From a virus (lineage: Duplodnaviria > Caudoviricetes): DNA of 64,000 bases. The notes below the pieces were generated by a model. It ran no database searches. It worked only from the letters and a program-made list of their open reading frames with translations, and had not been told where the DNA came from. This document shows, piece by piece, positions 1 to 9,281 of this stretch. The position numbers and the translations under genes were made by a program. Location of the stretch: positions 11,196 to 75,195 of IMG/VR virus record IMGVR_UViG_3300031911_000003; one strand, written 5' to 3'. Position 1 is the first letter of the stretch; every line of letters starts with the position of its first letter.

Positions 1-893
1 GTCGCGGCGCAGCGCGCCGACTCCGATATGTTCGGGCCTCCCGTCTGCGTCGGCGAGAGGGCCAATTGGACTGCGGCTACTACCGACGGCGCTAGTGCTC
101 CCGCCTCTCCCGCCACGATGACATCGACCCGCCCCGGATCGGTGAGGTCAAGGTTCGTCTCGACGCGGACGCGCGTCACCTCTTGACTGGCGTTGCGCGC
201 GGCGGCTTCGTAGCCGGACTGCACCATCGTCGTGGGCTTAAACTGGCTGAGCGTCCCCCACTTCGTCACGTTGCGGCGCTGCAGGCTCGCGTCCTCCTCG
301 GCTGGCGTGCCGCTCGCGCCGTACTGGTCTGCCTGCCAACCGGAAGGATTCGTCACCGTGACGCCCGCGAGGGTGCCGCGCACCCAGGTGTCGATCTCGC
401 CGACGCCAGCGTTGTAGTCGCTGCCGACGTCCGCCGCCTCGACGTACACGCGAGCACTGCCACCGCGGGGGATCGTCACCGGATCGACCCCATTGGGCGC
501 GACGCCTGAGTATTCCAGCCCACCGATGCCCACAGAGAACCCCACAGACAGCGGCGAGAACTTGAACGGCCCGAGGCCCCGCGGATCGGACAGCGTCACA
601 AACCCACTGGCCTTCACCCCAAGGAAGCGGAAGTCGTCAAAGAGCTGCTCGCTGAGGTTATCGAGGCCGGAGTCGCTCGCGGTCTGGTTGTAGCCCTGCG
701 CGACGACGTAGGCGCCGGCCTGGTTCTCCTGGTCCTGCGCGCGGCTCTCCACCTCGACGAGCGCGACGGGCAGCGACTCGGGTGCGTAGCTCTCGATCGC
801 GGTGAAGCCAGCCGCCTCGAGCCTGTCGAAAGTCTCCTGTTTGACCTCTTCGTAGGTCGGCGGATTTAGTAGTTGCTCGACGGTAAGAGCCAT
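1..893 (-). CDS. Baseplate J/gp47-like wedge protein (3' end outside window)
   Basis: Hand-translated from ATG at 893: MALTVEQLLNPPTYEEVKQETFDRL...VYVEAADVGSDYN...GVTVTNP...EEDASLQRR...GRVDVIVAG. These are the typical baseplate-J motifs (G..yN, V.NP, EsD..lr.R). It is absent from the ORF track because there is no stop in the window. Confidence 0.85.
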   Translation of the reverse strand, partial: MALTVEQLLNPPTYEEVKQETFDRLEAAGFTAIESYAPESLPVALVEVESRAQDQENQAGAYVVAQGYNQTASDSGLDNLSEQLFDDFRFLGVKASGFVTLSDPRGLGPFKFSPLSVGFSVGIGGLEYSGVAPNGVDPVTIPRGGSARVYVEAADVGSDYNAGVGEIDTWVRGTLAGVTVTNPSGWQADQYGASGTPAEEDASLQRRNVTKWGTLSQFKPTTMVQSGYEAAARNASQEVTRVRVETNLDLTDPGRVDVIVAGEAGALAPSVVAAVQLALSPTQTGGPNISESARCAA

Positions 894-1093
894 GGTAGAG
901 ATGGTGAAGAGGAGAATTCTCAGATGGGAAGAGACAGCACGATAAAGATGGCTCGCGGGATACTTCGCTTAGAGCGACGAAACAATCCGAAAGCTACTTC
1001 ACAGCACCTACACTCGCTAGCGCACAAGCTGACGCGCAGCCTTCGTGAGGCGCTCCGCTCGCGAACGATCCAGCGCATCGTCGGAGATGTCTA

Positions 1094-1372
1094 ATGGCGT
1101 ACGAATACAAGGGCGTGAAGTGCGACACGTTGGAAGAGCTCTTGAAGCTGCAAGAAGCGGAGCGCACGAAGGCTTCTTCGCAGGCGGTTCGAATTGAGCA
1201 CGCCGAGGCGAAGGATCGAAAACAGACGCGACCAGCGAAATCTTCACAGAAGCGAATCGAATGCGACCACCGCTATGTTTATGACGGCCTCGGCGGAGGT
1301 CACAACGAGCAGTACGTCCACAAATGTTCCAAGTGCGGAGATTCTAATTGGTTTTCGGAGCCGCATCGCTAG
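1094..1372 (+). CDS. Hypothetical protein with C-terminal Cys/His zinc-ribbon
   Basis: 92 aa, start overlaps an upstream stop (TAATG), abuts the next gene; C-x-H...C-x2-C pattern. Confidence 0.55.
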   Translation: MAYEYKGVKCDTLEELLKLQEAERTKASSQAVRIEHAEAKDRKQTRPAKSSQKRIECDHRYVYDGLGGGHNEQYVHKCSKCGDSNWFSEPHR

Positions 1373-2089
1373 ATGGACGAACTCTTCGAGAGCATCGCGA
1401 AGGTGCAGGAGTCAATCGACAGGCGCAGCACGTCGGTAAACTACCGCGCGCTTTACCCCGCGACGATCATCTTCACCGACGGCGAGCTTGCGACCGTCGA
1501 GGCGCAGCTCGGCGCGACGATGATGACGCTCAGCGACTGCAAGGTGCGGCGCGAGGCGGGCTTGAAGAACGAGGCGACGGAAGGCAGCCCCTGCTTCGTC
1601 GGGTGGGAGGGTGGCGATCCGGCGCGGCGCTTCGTCCTCGTCGGCAGCTTCGGCGGCACTTCGGTGAAGTGGACTATCTCGGCGTCCGGCAGCGTCGTGT
1701 TCGACGCTCCGGAGACGAATGCCAAGCACGATCTCGTCTCGGAGCACGAGGTCGGGCAGTCAGCAGGTCCGCTCGGACTCGTGCCGGGCGTGAACGTGAA
1801 CCCGGCGACGTCCTCCGCGAAGGGAGACGACGCGGCCTTCGACCTCGAGCTGCAGCCCGTCGACAACACGAAGCCCATGGGGCCGCTGCTCGCCATCGTG
1901 ACGTTTGGCCGCGCATTCGGCAGCACACCCAAGGCTGTGCTGCAGGTGAAGGACTTCATCACTGCTCCGACGAGCGCGTACGATGTCAAGTATTCAACTA
2001 CACCGATCTCGATCTCGATCACTGGAACCTTCCCGAATCCAACCGGCAAAACGGTCATAACGGCGTTCATCCGAGAGAATAAGCCGTGA
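1373..2089 (+). CDS. Baseplate central spike / gpV-like protein
   Basis: N-terminal OB-fold signature 'GSPCFVGWEGGDPARRFVL' (G..v.V.F.gGDp..P); lies beside the hub and gp25-like genes. Confidence 0.7.
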   Translation: MDELFESIAKVQESIDRRSTSVNYRALYPATIIFTDGELATVEAQLGATMMTLSDCKVRREAGLKNEATEGSPCFVGWEGGDPARRFVLVGSFGGTSVKWTISASGSVVFDAPETNAKHDLVSEHEVGQSAGPLGLVPGVNVNPATSSAKGDDAAFDLELQPVDNTKPMGPLLAIVTFGRAFGSTPKAVLQVKDFITAPTSAYDVKYSTTPISISITGTFPNPTGKTVITAFIRENKP

Positions 2090-2202
2090 TCCTCTTCGGC
2101 GGATCTGAGGTGTGGAAGACGAGCTCGCTCACGCGCCTGATGCTCCGCTTCTGGGACGCGATCGACGACGAGTGGCTGCGCCTGGCGGGCTACGTTTCCT
2201 GA
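2086..2202 (+). CDS. 38-aa micro-ORF whose first 45 nt are an exact copy of the AAA ATPase Walker A region
   Basis: GTGA overlap with the gpV stop; VILFGGSEVWKTSSLTRLMLRFWDAIDDEWLRLAGYVS*; 2086-2130 is identical to 58794-58838. Confidence 0.4.
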   Translation: MILFGGSEVWKTSSLTRLMLRFWDAIDDEWLRLAGYVS

Positions 2203-2214
2203 CCATCTTCCGTC

Positions 2215-2883
2215 GTGGCCGTAGCGCTCCTCGACGACGAACCACTCCTCAAACTGGACCTGATGATACCTCGGTGGGGTCCGTGGCACGCCGACGCGAT
2301 GCTCGAGGGCACGGTCGCGCCGGTCGTCGGCTCGTCCGTCTCGCTAGTCGTCGGCGGCGTCTCGCGCGCGGGCACTGTTAAGCGGAGCGGCGCGCCGTAT
2401 GGTCAGGTGCGCTGCCGGATCGTTGGCGGCGCCGGAAAGCTCGGCGCGCTGTGTCAGCCCAAAGACTACGGGCAGGTGACGGCGATGGCCGTTGGCCGAG
2501 ACATCCTCGATCAGGTGGGCGAAACTGTTGGTGACCTGTCACCGCTGTCGGCCGTCGTGCTACCGCAGTGGCAGCTATTGCAGGAAACGGCTGGGGAAGC
2601 CCTGCAACGCGTCTTCAGGCAGGCACCCGGCTTAGACCTTTGGTGCGAGCGCAGCGGGGCGCTGAGCGCCCGGCAGACCACTTGGACGCGGAGCGTCGGG
2701 GCACTGTGGCGCGGCATCCTGCCGCAAGAGCGCGGTGCGGTGCTCTTCGCGGACAGCGGGGAGATCGAGCCCGGCGTGCGCGTGACAACGCTGCATGGCG
2801 ACTTCGACATCGAGCGCGCGCAGTACGTACTCGATCCGAACGACGAGCGCAGCGCGCTGAGGCTGTCTATCTGGTATCGTTGA
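2215..2883 (+). CDS. Baseplate hub-like protein (gp27/gp44/GPD class)
   Basis: 222 aa; hub-like 'ETAGEALQRV..LDLWCERSGAL' (E.d..fl.Rl....g..w....G.l); ACCATCT 6 nt upstream; baseplate context. Confidence 0.55.
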   Translation: MAVALLDDEPLLKLDLMIPRWGPWHADAMLEGTVAPVVGSSVSLVVGGVSRAGTVKRSGAPYGQVRCRIVGGAGKLGALCQPKDYGQVTAMAVGRDILDQVGETVGDLSPLSAVVLPQWQLLQETAGEALQRVFRQAPGLDLWCERSGALSARQTTWTRSVGALWRGILPQERGAVLFADSGEIEPGVRVTTLHGDFDIERAQYVLDPNDERSALRLSIWYR

Positions 2884-3018
2884 AATAGCCTGAGCGCCCT
2901 CCCTTACACGAATGATCGAGCAGGTCAGCAACAGCCCCTGAACCTCAATCGTCTTCGAGCCTGATCGCGTAACCGCCTCGTAATTGCAGTAACTTCAACA
3001 TTCTCACCATCTCCTCTT

Positions 3019-3498
3019 GTGCCGCTCAAGACTTCCGTAAATGCCACACCCACCGTCGCCGAGGTGCGCGGTTTCACCTACGACGGGCGGGATTACTCGA
3101 CGCTAAAGCCTGACGGCACCTTCGGGCTGAGCTTCCGAGTGATCCACAACAGCAAGCGCGTCATCGCCGAGCACATCGCGCGGCGCTGGATCTGCGAGCA
3201 GGGCGACCTCGACGCGGCGTACATCGGCGCGGGCTTCAGGCGATACCTCAACATGTCGCTCACCGTCATGCAGCGGGAGCAGCTCGAGGCCGCGCTCCGA
3301 AACGAAGCGCTCAACGTAGACGGCGTCGAGCGCTGCTCCGTCGCCATCACCCAGAAGCGCCTGTCAGGTTCCGCCTTCGAGCTCACCGCCAGCGCCACCG
3401 TCACGCTGAGCCGGCGCTTCGGCGGCGAGACATTCACGACCGTCTTCGCGCTTACCGCCGAGACGTCTAGGCTCATCGTCGGCGGACAGATTACTTAA
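3019..3498 (+). CDS. Baseplate wedge gp25/gp46-like protein
   Basis: 'IARRWICEQGDL...YIGAGFRRYLN...LEAALRNEALNVDGVERCSVAI' fits the gp25/Mu gp46 pattern; ACCATCT upstream. Confidence 0.7.
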   Translation: MPLKTSVNATPTVAEVRGFTYDGRDYSTLKPDGTFGLSFRVIHNSKRVIAEHIARRWICEQGDLDAAYIGAGFRRYLNMSLTVMQREQLEAALRNEALNVDGVERCSVAITQKRLSGSAFELTASATVTLSRRFGGETFTTVFALTAETSRLIVGGQIT

Positions 3499-3507
3499 AC
3501 ATGGCTC

Positions 3508-4296
3508 TTAGCGCAACGACACATTTCTAAGCGACACCTCCACCGCTAGCTTGAGGTCTGACCAGACGGCGAGGCGCAGGTCCTTGCGATTCGGTTGTCG
3601 GAGTAGGTAAGACGGGTGGTAGGTCGGGATGACCTTGATCTCGGGCTTGTCGAGCTTCTTAAGATCGAGCATGAGGCCAGCGACGCCCACGCCCATCTGT
3701 CGGACAGCGAGATTCGAACTATCCCGAAGTGCCCCGATGCTGAGCTTGCTCGCCGTCAGAGTCTGCGCCGCCACGCGGCCGAGCGCAACGACGACACGGA
3801 GCTTCGGGAGCAGGCGAAGCTGCTGCCAGAGCCAGGCGTCGGCGCAGGTGCGCACGTCGTTCTCGTCCTTGAGAAGTTTGTTGTCGGACGGTCGGCACTT
3901 GACAACGTTGCAGACGTACGGGTCCGACGGGAAGGTGATTCCATGCTCAGCTTCAGCATATCGACGCATCGCGTCGATCTGTTTGTCGAGGAGCTGCCCA
4001 GCGCTGCCCACGAAGGGCAGGCCCTGTTCGTCCTCGTCTGCGCCCGGCGCCTCACCGAGGAACGCGAGCGTCGAGAGTGGATCGCCTTTCGCGAGGACGC
4101 TCTGCTTGCGCGTCGAGCCATGCGGGCAACGGCGACAACCTGAGACGTCGTCGGCGAGGATCGCCAGGCTGCGGTGCGTCTTCGATGGGAGCTCAGGCGC
4201 CAGGCAGCACCGCGCGGGCGTCTCTTTGCCCGTCGCGTTCGGGCACTCGTGTCCTGAAACGGCGCACTTCACCCAACCTCGTTCCATCAGCGACAC
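3508..4296 (-). CDS. udg: Uracil-DNA glycosylase family 4
   Basis: CxxC Fe-S ligands, GEAPGADED, PFVGSAG, NVVKCRP and TYHPSYLLR motifs. Confidence 0.95.
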   Translation of the reverse strand: MSLMERGWVKCAVSGHECPNATGKETPARCCLAPELPSKTHRSLAILADDVSGCRRCPHGSTRKQSVLAKGDPLSTLAFLGEAPGADEDEQGLPFVGSAGQLLDKQIDAMRRYAEAEHGITFPSDPYVCNVVKCRPSDNKLLKDENDVRTCADAWLWQQLRLLPKLRVVVALGRVAAQTLTASKLSIGALRDSSNLAVRQMGVGVAGLMLDLKKLDKPEIKVIPTYHPSYLLRQPNRKDLRLAVWSDLKLAVEVSLRNVSLR

Positions 4297-4886
4297 CCCT
4301 CGTCGCTGTTGGGATTACAGATGGGCGTAGCGACGGCAGAGCCCATGTCTGGCGTGGTGTAATTCTCAAACCAAGCAATCACAGATGGATTCTCTGCGAT
4401 CTGAAGACCAGCAAGGACGCCGATCAACAGGCAAACGAGCGCACTCGCCAGGGTGAATGTGGTCACGAAATTCGATCGCTCTTTGCGGAGCTTCGACACC
4501 ATGTCGACTGCCGTTGCGGGCGCTTCGATTACTGGCACCACAGTCACGGGCAGGCGTGCCGCGACGGCCTTCTCGCGCTTGCTGATCTTCGCATGAGCCC
4601 GCTCGACTTCGATCCTGCTTCGAGACGAGATATCGAAGGGAATAGCTACGGGTACGGGAAGCTCCTCGGGAATAGGCGAGAAGAGTACACCACCAAAGAC
4701 GAAGGGTCGGAGGCTGGCGGCGCCCCTACGCACTTCCTTGTGGGGCGATTGTGCGAGCTCCGCGCGGCTTACGATTTGGCGTGATCCTTCTCTGGTCACA
4801 ATCACTTTGCTAGTTCGATACATCATTCTGACTACTCCGATCTGAGTTACTTTACGTTTTGTACTCCAAATCGGAGCTGCGCGCAA
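4287..4886 (-). CDS. Hypothetical protein with a C-terminal transmembrane helix
   Basis: Hydrophobic stretch FVTTFTLASALVCLLIGVLAGL; gene-dense position; start uncertain. Confidence 0.45.
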   Translation of the reverse strand: MRAAPIWSTKRKVTQIGVVRMMYRTSKVIVTREGSRQIVSRAELAQSPHKEVRRGAASLRPFVFGGVLFSPIPEELPVPVAIPFDISSRSRIEVERAHAKISKREKAVAARLPVTVVPVIEAPATAVDMVSKLRKERSNFVTTFTLASALVCLLIGVLAGLQIAENPSVIAWFENYTTPDMGSAVATPICNPNSDEGCR

Positions 4887-4890
4887 GCGT

Positions 4891-5541
4891 CTAGCGCCAA
4901 GTAGGCGAGCGCGTTGCGCTTTTTGTTCTCACGCCTTGGGCCGGGCCGACGACGGACTTGGGCACTAGGCCAGTCGACCGAAGATCGTCCTGCTTCACCT
5001 GCTTCGTCGCGCCGCGCGGGCCACTCTGCACGAAGCGGACGTCGTATCCCTCGACGTCAACCACCCAGCGGTCGACATCCACCGGCTGCAGGATCCCTCG
5101 CTTCGTGGGCACGAATTGCTGTATGCCGCTGCCGGCGTAGCTCGGGTGCGAGACGCGCACGGCGTTGCGAGCGTCGAGGCCACGGGGCATGAGCCTGTCC
5201 TCGACGCGCTCGTACTCGTCGCGCCAGTCCTTCGGTGGGTCCTTCGAGTAGTCGATGAACAGGTTCAGCGTGAAGCCGACCGGCACGGTGTCGACGCCCT
5301 GCGACACGTATCGCCTGTAGTCGGTTCCTTTGGCCTTCCTGGCCTCAACGTCAAGCATCATCCCGCCCCGCAGTGAGCCCTTGACGATGGGGAGCAGCAC
5401 GTCTTCGATCAAGATACCGTCGTAGTTTGTGATCGCGAAGGGTTGTACGCGCGCCCCCGTCTGGCCAGCCAAAGCCAAATCGACGAGGTCAAGTAGATTT
5501 CCGCCAACCCCTTGTGAAGTGACCTTGGGATACCTAGCCAT
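4891..5541 (-). CDS. Probable tail tube initiator / baseplate-proximal protein
   Basis: Directly downstream of and overlapping the tape measure gene, the usual position for this protein in myoviruses. Assignment is by position only. Confidence 0.5.
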   Translation of the reverse strand: MARYPKVTSQGVGGNLLDLVDLALAGQTGARVQPFAITNYDGILIEDVLLPIVKGSLRGGMMLDVEARKAKGTDYRRYVSQGVDTVPVGFTLNLFIDYSKDPPKDWRDEYERVEDRLMPRGLDARNAVRVSHPSYAGSGIQQFVPTKRGILQPVDVDRWVVDVEGYDVRFVQSGPRGATKQVKQDDLRSTGLVPKSVVGPAQGVRTKSATRSPTWR

Positions 5542-7582
5542 TGCCGCCGACCTCCATAGCGGTGCGCTGCCAGCACATGCGGAAGACGCGCATCGCCACC
5601 GGCTCTAGCGCCGCTGCCAGGTCGTCCGGGTCCGCGCTGCCCGCGTAGAAGAGCTGCACCGGCACCGTGATGTTCGTACCGCCCATCTTGCGCTCGGGCA
5701 CCATGTACTCGCCCCCCTTGTCCCCGACGACGGCCAGAGTTGGCGTGTTGACGTAGCCGCCGTCGCCGAACTTCGGCACGTCGGCGCCGCTGGCTGGGAT
5801 CATCGAGGCGATGTCCTCTGCCTTCCCCATCGTGCCGCCGCGCAGCCAGGCTCCTACTCCCATGTCCTTTCCTTGCAAGACGTATTCGGAGCGCGCGGCG
5901 GCGAACTGCGGCAAGAAGCTGTCGAGGCTTGAACCGCGCTTGGCGGCGAGCTCGGCGAGCATGTCTTTGCTGAAGCCGTACTTACTGAGATAGTCGACGC
6001 CGCCAGACTCACCTGGCTTCGAAAACGCCATTTCCTTCAGTCCAGCGACGGCAGCGCCTTTCATGCCCGCGAGGATGCCCTGGCCCAAGTAGGTCCCAAC
6101 GTCGATGAGGACGCCTTTCACGTTACTCAGGAATTCGCCTGGTTCGGCGTGCATGAGCTTGTCGAGCCACCCCCAGGCCTCCTTGAAGAAGCCGATGACC
6201 TTCTGCCCGAGCGCGCCGATGACGTTGATCACGCGTTCGATGTCGCTCGGTCGAATCTTCGCGAAACCGCCGAATATGCTGTCGGTGAGCCCGACGATGG
6301 TGTCTCGGAGTTTAGTACTCCCCATGACACCTTCGGTGAGCTTCGCCAGAAAACCATCGAAAGGCTTTCCGAACTCGTCTACACCACCGATGAGCGCTTT
6401 GAATCCCTTGGTGTTTACTAAGTCTATGCTCTTGAGCATATCGCCGAAGGCGTTCTTCGCGTTCGACAGCGCGCCCGTCAGGCTCTCCTTGCCGAACTTC
6501 TTGGCGAGCGAGCCGGGTCCCTCCTCGAGCTTCTGCCCTTCGTACATGGAGCCGATGGCAGCATTGAGCATGCTACCTACCTCAATATAACCAGTGCCTG
6601 CCAGACCACGGATAGCCTTCAAAGCTTCGGTTTCACTAGCTTTTCCGGCTATAACAGCTTTCATCTGTTTCTGGCCTTCGCCACCTAATTCTCCCCGTGC
6701 ATGTCTAGCCATAAGCTCAGGTATTCCTTGCTGTGCTTTAAGCTGCATGGCGATATCTTTGGCTCTGAATTTCGCTACACGGAGGGAATCAAAATCGTCG
6801 ACTGTGGCTACCCCTTTCCCTTGGAGTCGACTGAACGCCTCGATGACGTTCCGTTCTACTCCAGGCTCGTCGAGGAACTTCGAGGCCTGGTCGGCGACGA
6901 CGCGGTAAAGGAACTTCGACTGATCTGCGCTGAAACCCTGCGTGAGGAAAGTCTTGATTCCGCTTATGACCTTGTCTGTGTCGAGCGGCGTCTCGGACGC
7001 TAGCTTCTGCGCGTCGGCGAACAAGCCGCGAGCCTTCTCCATGTCGCCGCCGAGCATGTACGACATGCCTGTAAGGGCGTTCTGCCGGAACTCAGCCGCC
7101 TCGACGACGCTGTCGAGCAGGCTCTTTCCGAGGTCGATTCCCCGGCCGACTACATCCTTGGCCAGCCCGAGCGGCCCGCCCATCATCGTCTTCATGACGG
7201 AGAAGCCGCCCGTGACGGTTTGCATCGCGTGCGCTGCGTAGGCAAGCGTGCGGGGCGAGAAGATGCGCTGCCAGATGCTGTCGAAACCCATGGCCGAGCG
7301 GCGCATCTTGTCGATGTCGCCGCCAAGCTGCCGCAGGATCAGCGAAGTGTCTCGGCCGCTGACGCCCGCGCCCTTGAGCGCCGCCTTGACCTTGTCGACG
7401 TCGCCACCCGCGGCCTTGAGCAGCTCGCGCGACTGCTTGAGGGTGACGAGAAAGGTCTGCTTGAGCGGATTCGCGCGCGCGAAGCTCTGCACGACGAAGG
7501 CGAGGTTCTTGAAATCGCTCGACGCCCCACGCGCGAGCTCACCGAGCTGTTTCAGTTCTACGTCGATTTCGTCGGATGCCAC
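5534..7582 (-). CDS. Tail tape measure protein
   Basis: 682 aa, Ala/Gly-rich and helical; tape-measure domain 'MLGGDMEKARGLFADAQKLASETPLDTDKVISGIKTFLTQGF'; ACCATCT 6 nt upstream of GTG. Confidence 0.88.
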   Translation of the reverse strand: MASDEIDVELKQLGELARGASSDFKNLAFVVQSFARANPLKQTFLVTLKQSRELLKAAGGDVDKVKAALKGAGVSGRDTSLILRQLGGDIDKMRRSAMGFDSIWQRIFSPRTLAYAAHAMQTVTGGFSVMKTMMGGPLGLAKDVVGRGIDLGKSLLDSVVEAAEFRQNALTGMSYMLGGDMEKARGLFADAQKLASETPLDTDKVISGIKTFLTQGFSADQSKFLYRVVADQASKFLDEPGVERNVIEAFSRLQGKGVATVDDFDSLRVAKFRAKDIAMQLKAQQGIPELMARHARGELGGEGQKQMKAVIAGKASETEALKAIRGLAGTGYIEVGSMLNAAIGSMYEGQKLEEGPGSLAKKFGKESLTGALSNAKNAFGDMLKSIDLVNTKGFKALIGGVDEFGKPFDGFLAKLTEGVMGSTKLRDTIVGLTDSIFGGFAKIRPSDIERVINVIGALGQKVIGFFKEAWGWLDKLMHAEPGEFLSNVKGVLIDVGTYLGQGILAGMKGAAVAGLKEMAFSKPGESGGVDYLSKYGFSKDMLAELAAKRGSSLDSFLPQFAAARSEYVLQGKDMGVGAWLRGGTMGKAEDIASMIPASGADVPKFGDGGYVNTPTLAVVGDKGGEYMVPERKMGGTNITVPVQLFYAGSADPDDLAAALEPVAMRVFRMCWQRTAMEVGGNG

Positions 7583-7594
7583 GACGAGAGATGG

Positions 7595-8320
7595 TCAGGT
7601 CAGCGACGACTTGTAGAAGGCCGCGCCCTCGACGAAGTAGCGGATCTCATCCGCGTAGGTGAACCACTCGCCGGACTCGCGCAGGTGCGCGAACCGACGG
7701 TGCAGCGTCGTCTCTAGTTCGGTGCCTCCTGGCAGCGTCAGGAGCAGCGTGAGCTTAACGGAGGCCGACGTCTGAAGGGTGTCGAAGCGCTTCTCAACGT
7801 TGGAGCTCGTCCCGATCTTCAGCTTGCCGTCGGCGCTGAGCACGCAATAGACGCACTCACCGCCCTGGCTCAGCTTGTCGTCGGCCGCAGCGCGCCTGGC
7901 GCGCTCCACAGAGCGGTAGCGCTGCGTCTCTTGCCGCAAGAAGGCGTCTCGCAGCGCGCCATATTCTGCCGCCTCGTCGTCTCGTAGATCGGGAACTAAT
8001 TCGTCGGCGTCCCGCACCGCCTGACCCGAGAACCGATCGAGCAGGCGCGCCGCGAAGTTGATTGCCGTGCTCTTGCAGTCGCACCTGTGTTCGCCGCCGC
8101 AGGGACACCGCAGGATGAGAGTCTTGTCGACGCGCCGGACCTCGCAGCTTTGGCCCCGCACAGACAGGCGGTCGCTCCCCAGTCCTGTCGCCGACGAGCC
8201 GCAGGGCAGCGCGATATCGGCTCGATCTCGGGCCGCCCGCGCGAAGCAGGTGTGTTTGAGCACCCAACGCGCTTGCTTTTCTAAGAAAGGTCGGAAGTTG
8301 TGACTGTATCTGTGGTCCAC
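7595..8320 (-). CDS. T5orf172/GIY-YIG-type nuclease domain protein with Cys-rich N-terminus
   Basis: C-terminal VYCVLSADGKLKIGTSSNVEKRFDTLQ...ELETTLHRRFAHLRESGEWF. Confidence 0.85.
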   Translation of the reverse strand: MDHRYSHNFRPFLEKQARWVLKHTCFARAARDRADIALPCGSSATGLGSDRLSVRGQSCEVRRVDKTLILRCPCGGEHRCDCKSTAINFAARLLDRFSGQAVRDADELVPDLRDDEAAEYGALRDAFLRQETQRYRSVERARRAAADDKLSQGGECVYCVLSADGKLKIGTSSNVEKRFDTLQTSASVKLTLLLTLPGGTELETTLHRRFAHLRESGEWFTYADEIRYFVEGAAFYKSSLT

Positions 8321-8324
8321 TGCT

Positions 8325-8744
8325 TCACATATTGAGCGCCCGCTTTACCTCTTTGAGGAAGCGTTTCAGCTCGGCTTTCTTGATCTCGTCGAGCTTTCTC
8401 TGCCACTTCTCGGGCAAGCCGCTCGTCGGCAGGTGCTCGTGCTCGCCGTCACCGTTTAAGAACTTGCTGTAGTAGACGTGCTGTCCGACGCGGACCCGAC
8501 GCCCCTCGTCAACTACGACGACGTCGTAGCCGTCCATGAGTAGGCCAGAATCCAGCATCGGGGCGCCACCACTTCTCGGCGCAGGAAAGCGCTTACCATA
8601 CACGTTTCGCCCCTGAACGTGTTGCGCTCGCAGTTCTTTGCGGACGTACTCAGCAAAGGTGCTAGCGATTCGCAGCTGTGCCTCTTTGGCTAGCCTGCGG
8701 ATCGCCCCGACGCCTTCGCCCAGACCGCGCCTAGTGATCGCCAT
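8325..8744 (-). CDS. Virion morphogenesis / neck protein (HK97 gp10 / Mu gpG-like)
   Basis: 'PMLDSGLLMDGY...VRVG..VYYSKFLN' resembles the L.DtG.L..Si...vG....Ya motif; in the late operon. Confidence 0.55.
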   Translation of the reverse strand: MAITRRGLGEGVGAIRRLAKEAQLRIASTFAEYVRKELRAQHVQGRNVYGKRFPAPRSGGAPMLDSGLLMDGYDVVVVDEGRRVRVGQHVYYSKFLNGDGEHEHLPTSGLPEKWQRKLDEIKKAELKRFLKEVKRALNM

Positions 8745-8910
8745 GGCGCCGCCTCTCGAACGTCACTTCCTCGCCACTGCGCCGGAAGACGCCTGCGCGC
8801 CGTAGCCTCAGACCGTCCGTGATGGCACTGAGCACTGCGTCGATACAGAGCCGCGCCTGCGCCTCCGAGCAGCGCAGCGAGCGCGCTACGGCTTCGACAA
8901 GTTCCTTCAT
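8731..8910 (-). CDS. 59-aa HU/IHF-like mini-protein lacking the DNA-binding arm
   Basis: Hand-translated MKELVEAVARSLRCSEAQARLCIDAVLSAITDGLRLRRAGVFRRSGEEVTFERRRHGDH*; ATGA-coupled to the upstream gene; below the ORF-track cutoff. Confidence 0.65.
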   Translation of the reverse strand: MKELVEAVARSLRCSEAQARLCIDAVLSAITDGLRLRRAGVFRRSGEEVTFERRRHGDH

Positions 8911-9281
8911 GCTTTCTCGATCGCGTTTTGCTCTCGCGATTCCTGTTCTGCTGCAATTCTCGGAACTGCGGCCACTGACGACGTTCGGAGCTTGTTCTCG
9001 GCATCGACAGCCGCAGCAACAATTTCCGGCAGCGTATATGTCTTTGCCACCCGGCGGAGCACGCGCTTCGTGAGCTTCTCCTCAGCTTCCGCGATCTCGC
9101 GGGCGATCGAGCGCTCGCGCAGTCGAAGCACGAAGCCGAAGACGCTGAGCGCTGCCGTCGACAGGAACACGTAGAACCAGAAGGCGCCCCACAGGTCGCG
9201 GTTCTGGTAGACGACGACGCTGCCGTAGCCGAAGGCGAGCAGCTCGAACGAACTGAGGGCGATGCCAAGCGCGCGGATCAT
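8907..9281 (-). CDS. Small two-TM membrane protein
   Basis: Two hydrophobic segments then a charged coil; ATGA overlaps on both sides. Confidence 0.6.
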   Translation of the reverse strand: MIRALGIALSSFELLAFGYGSVVVYQNRDLWGAFWFYVFLSTAALSVFGFVLRLRERSIAREIAEAEEKLTKRVLRRVAKTYTLPEIVAAAVDAENKLRTSSVAAVPRIAAEQESREQNAIEKA

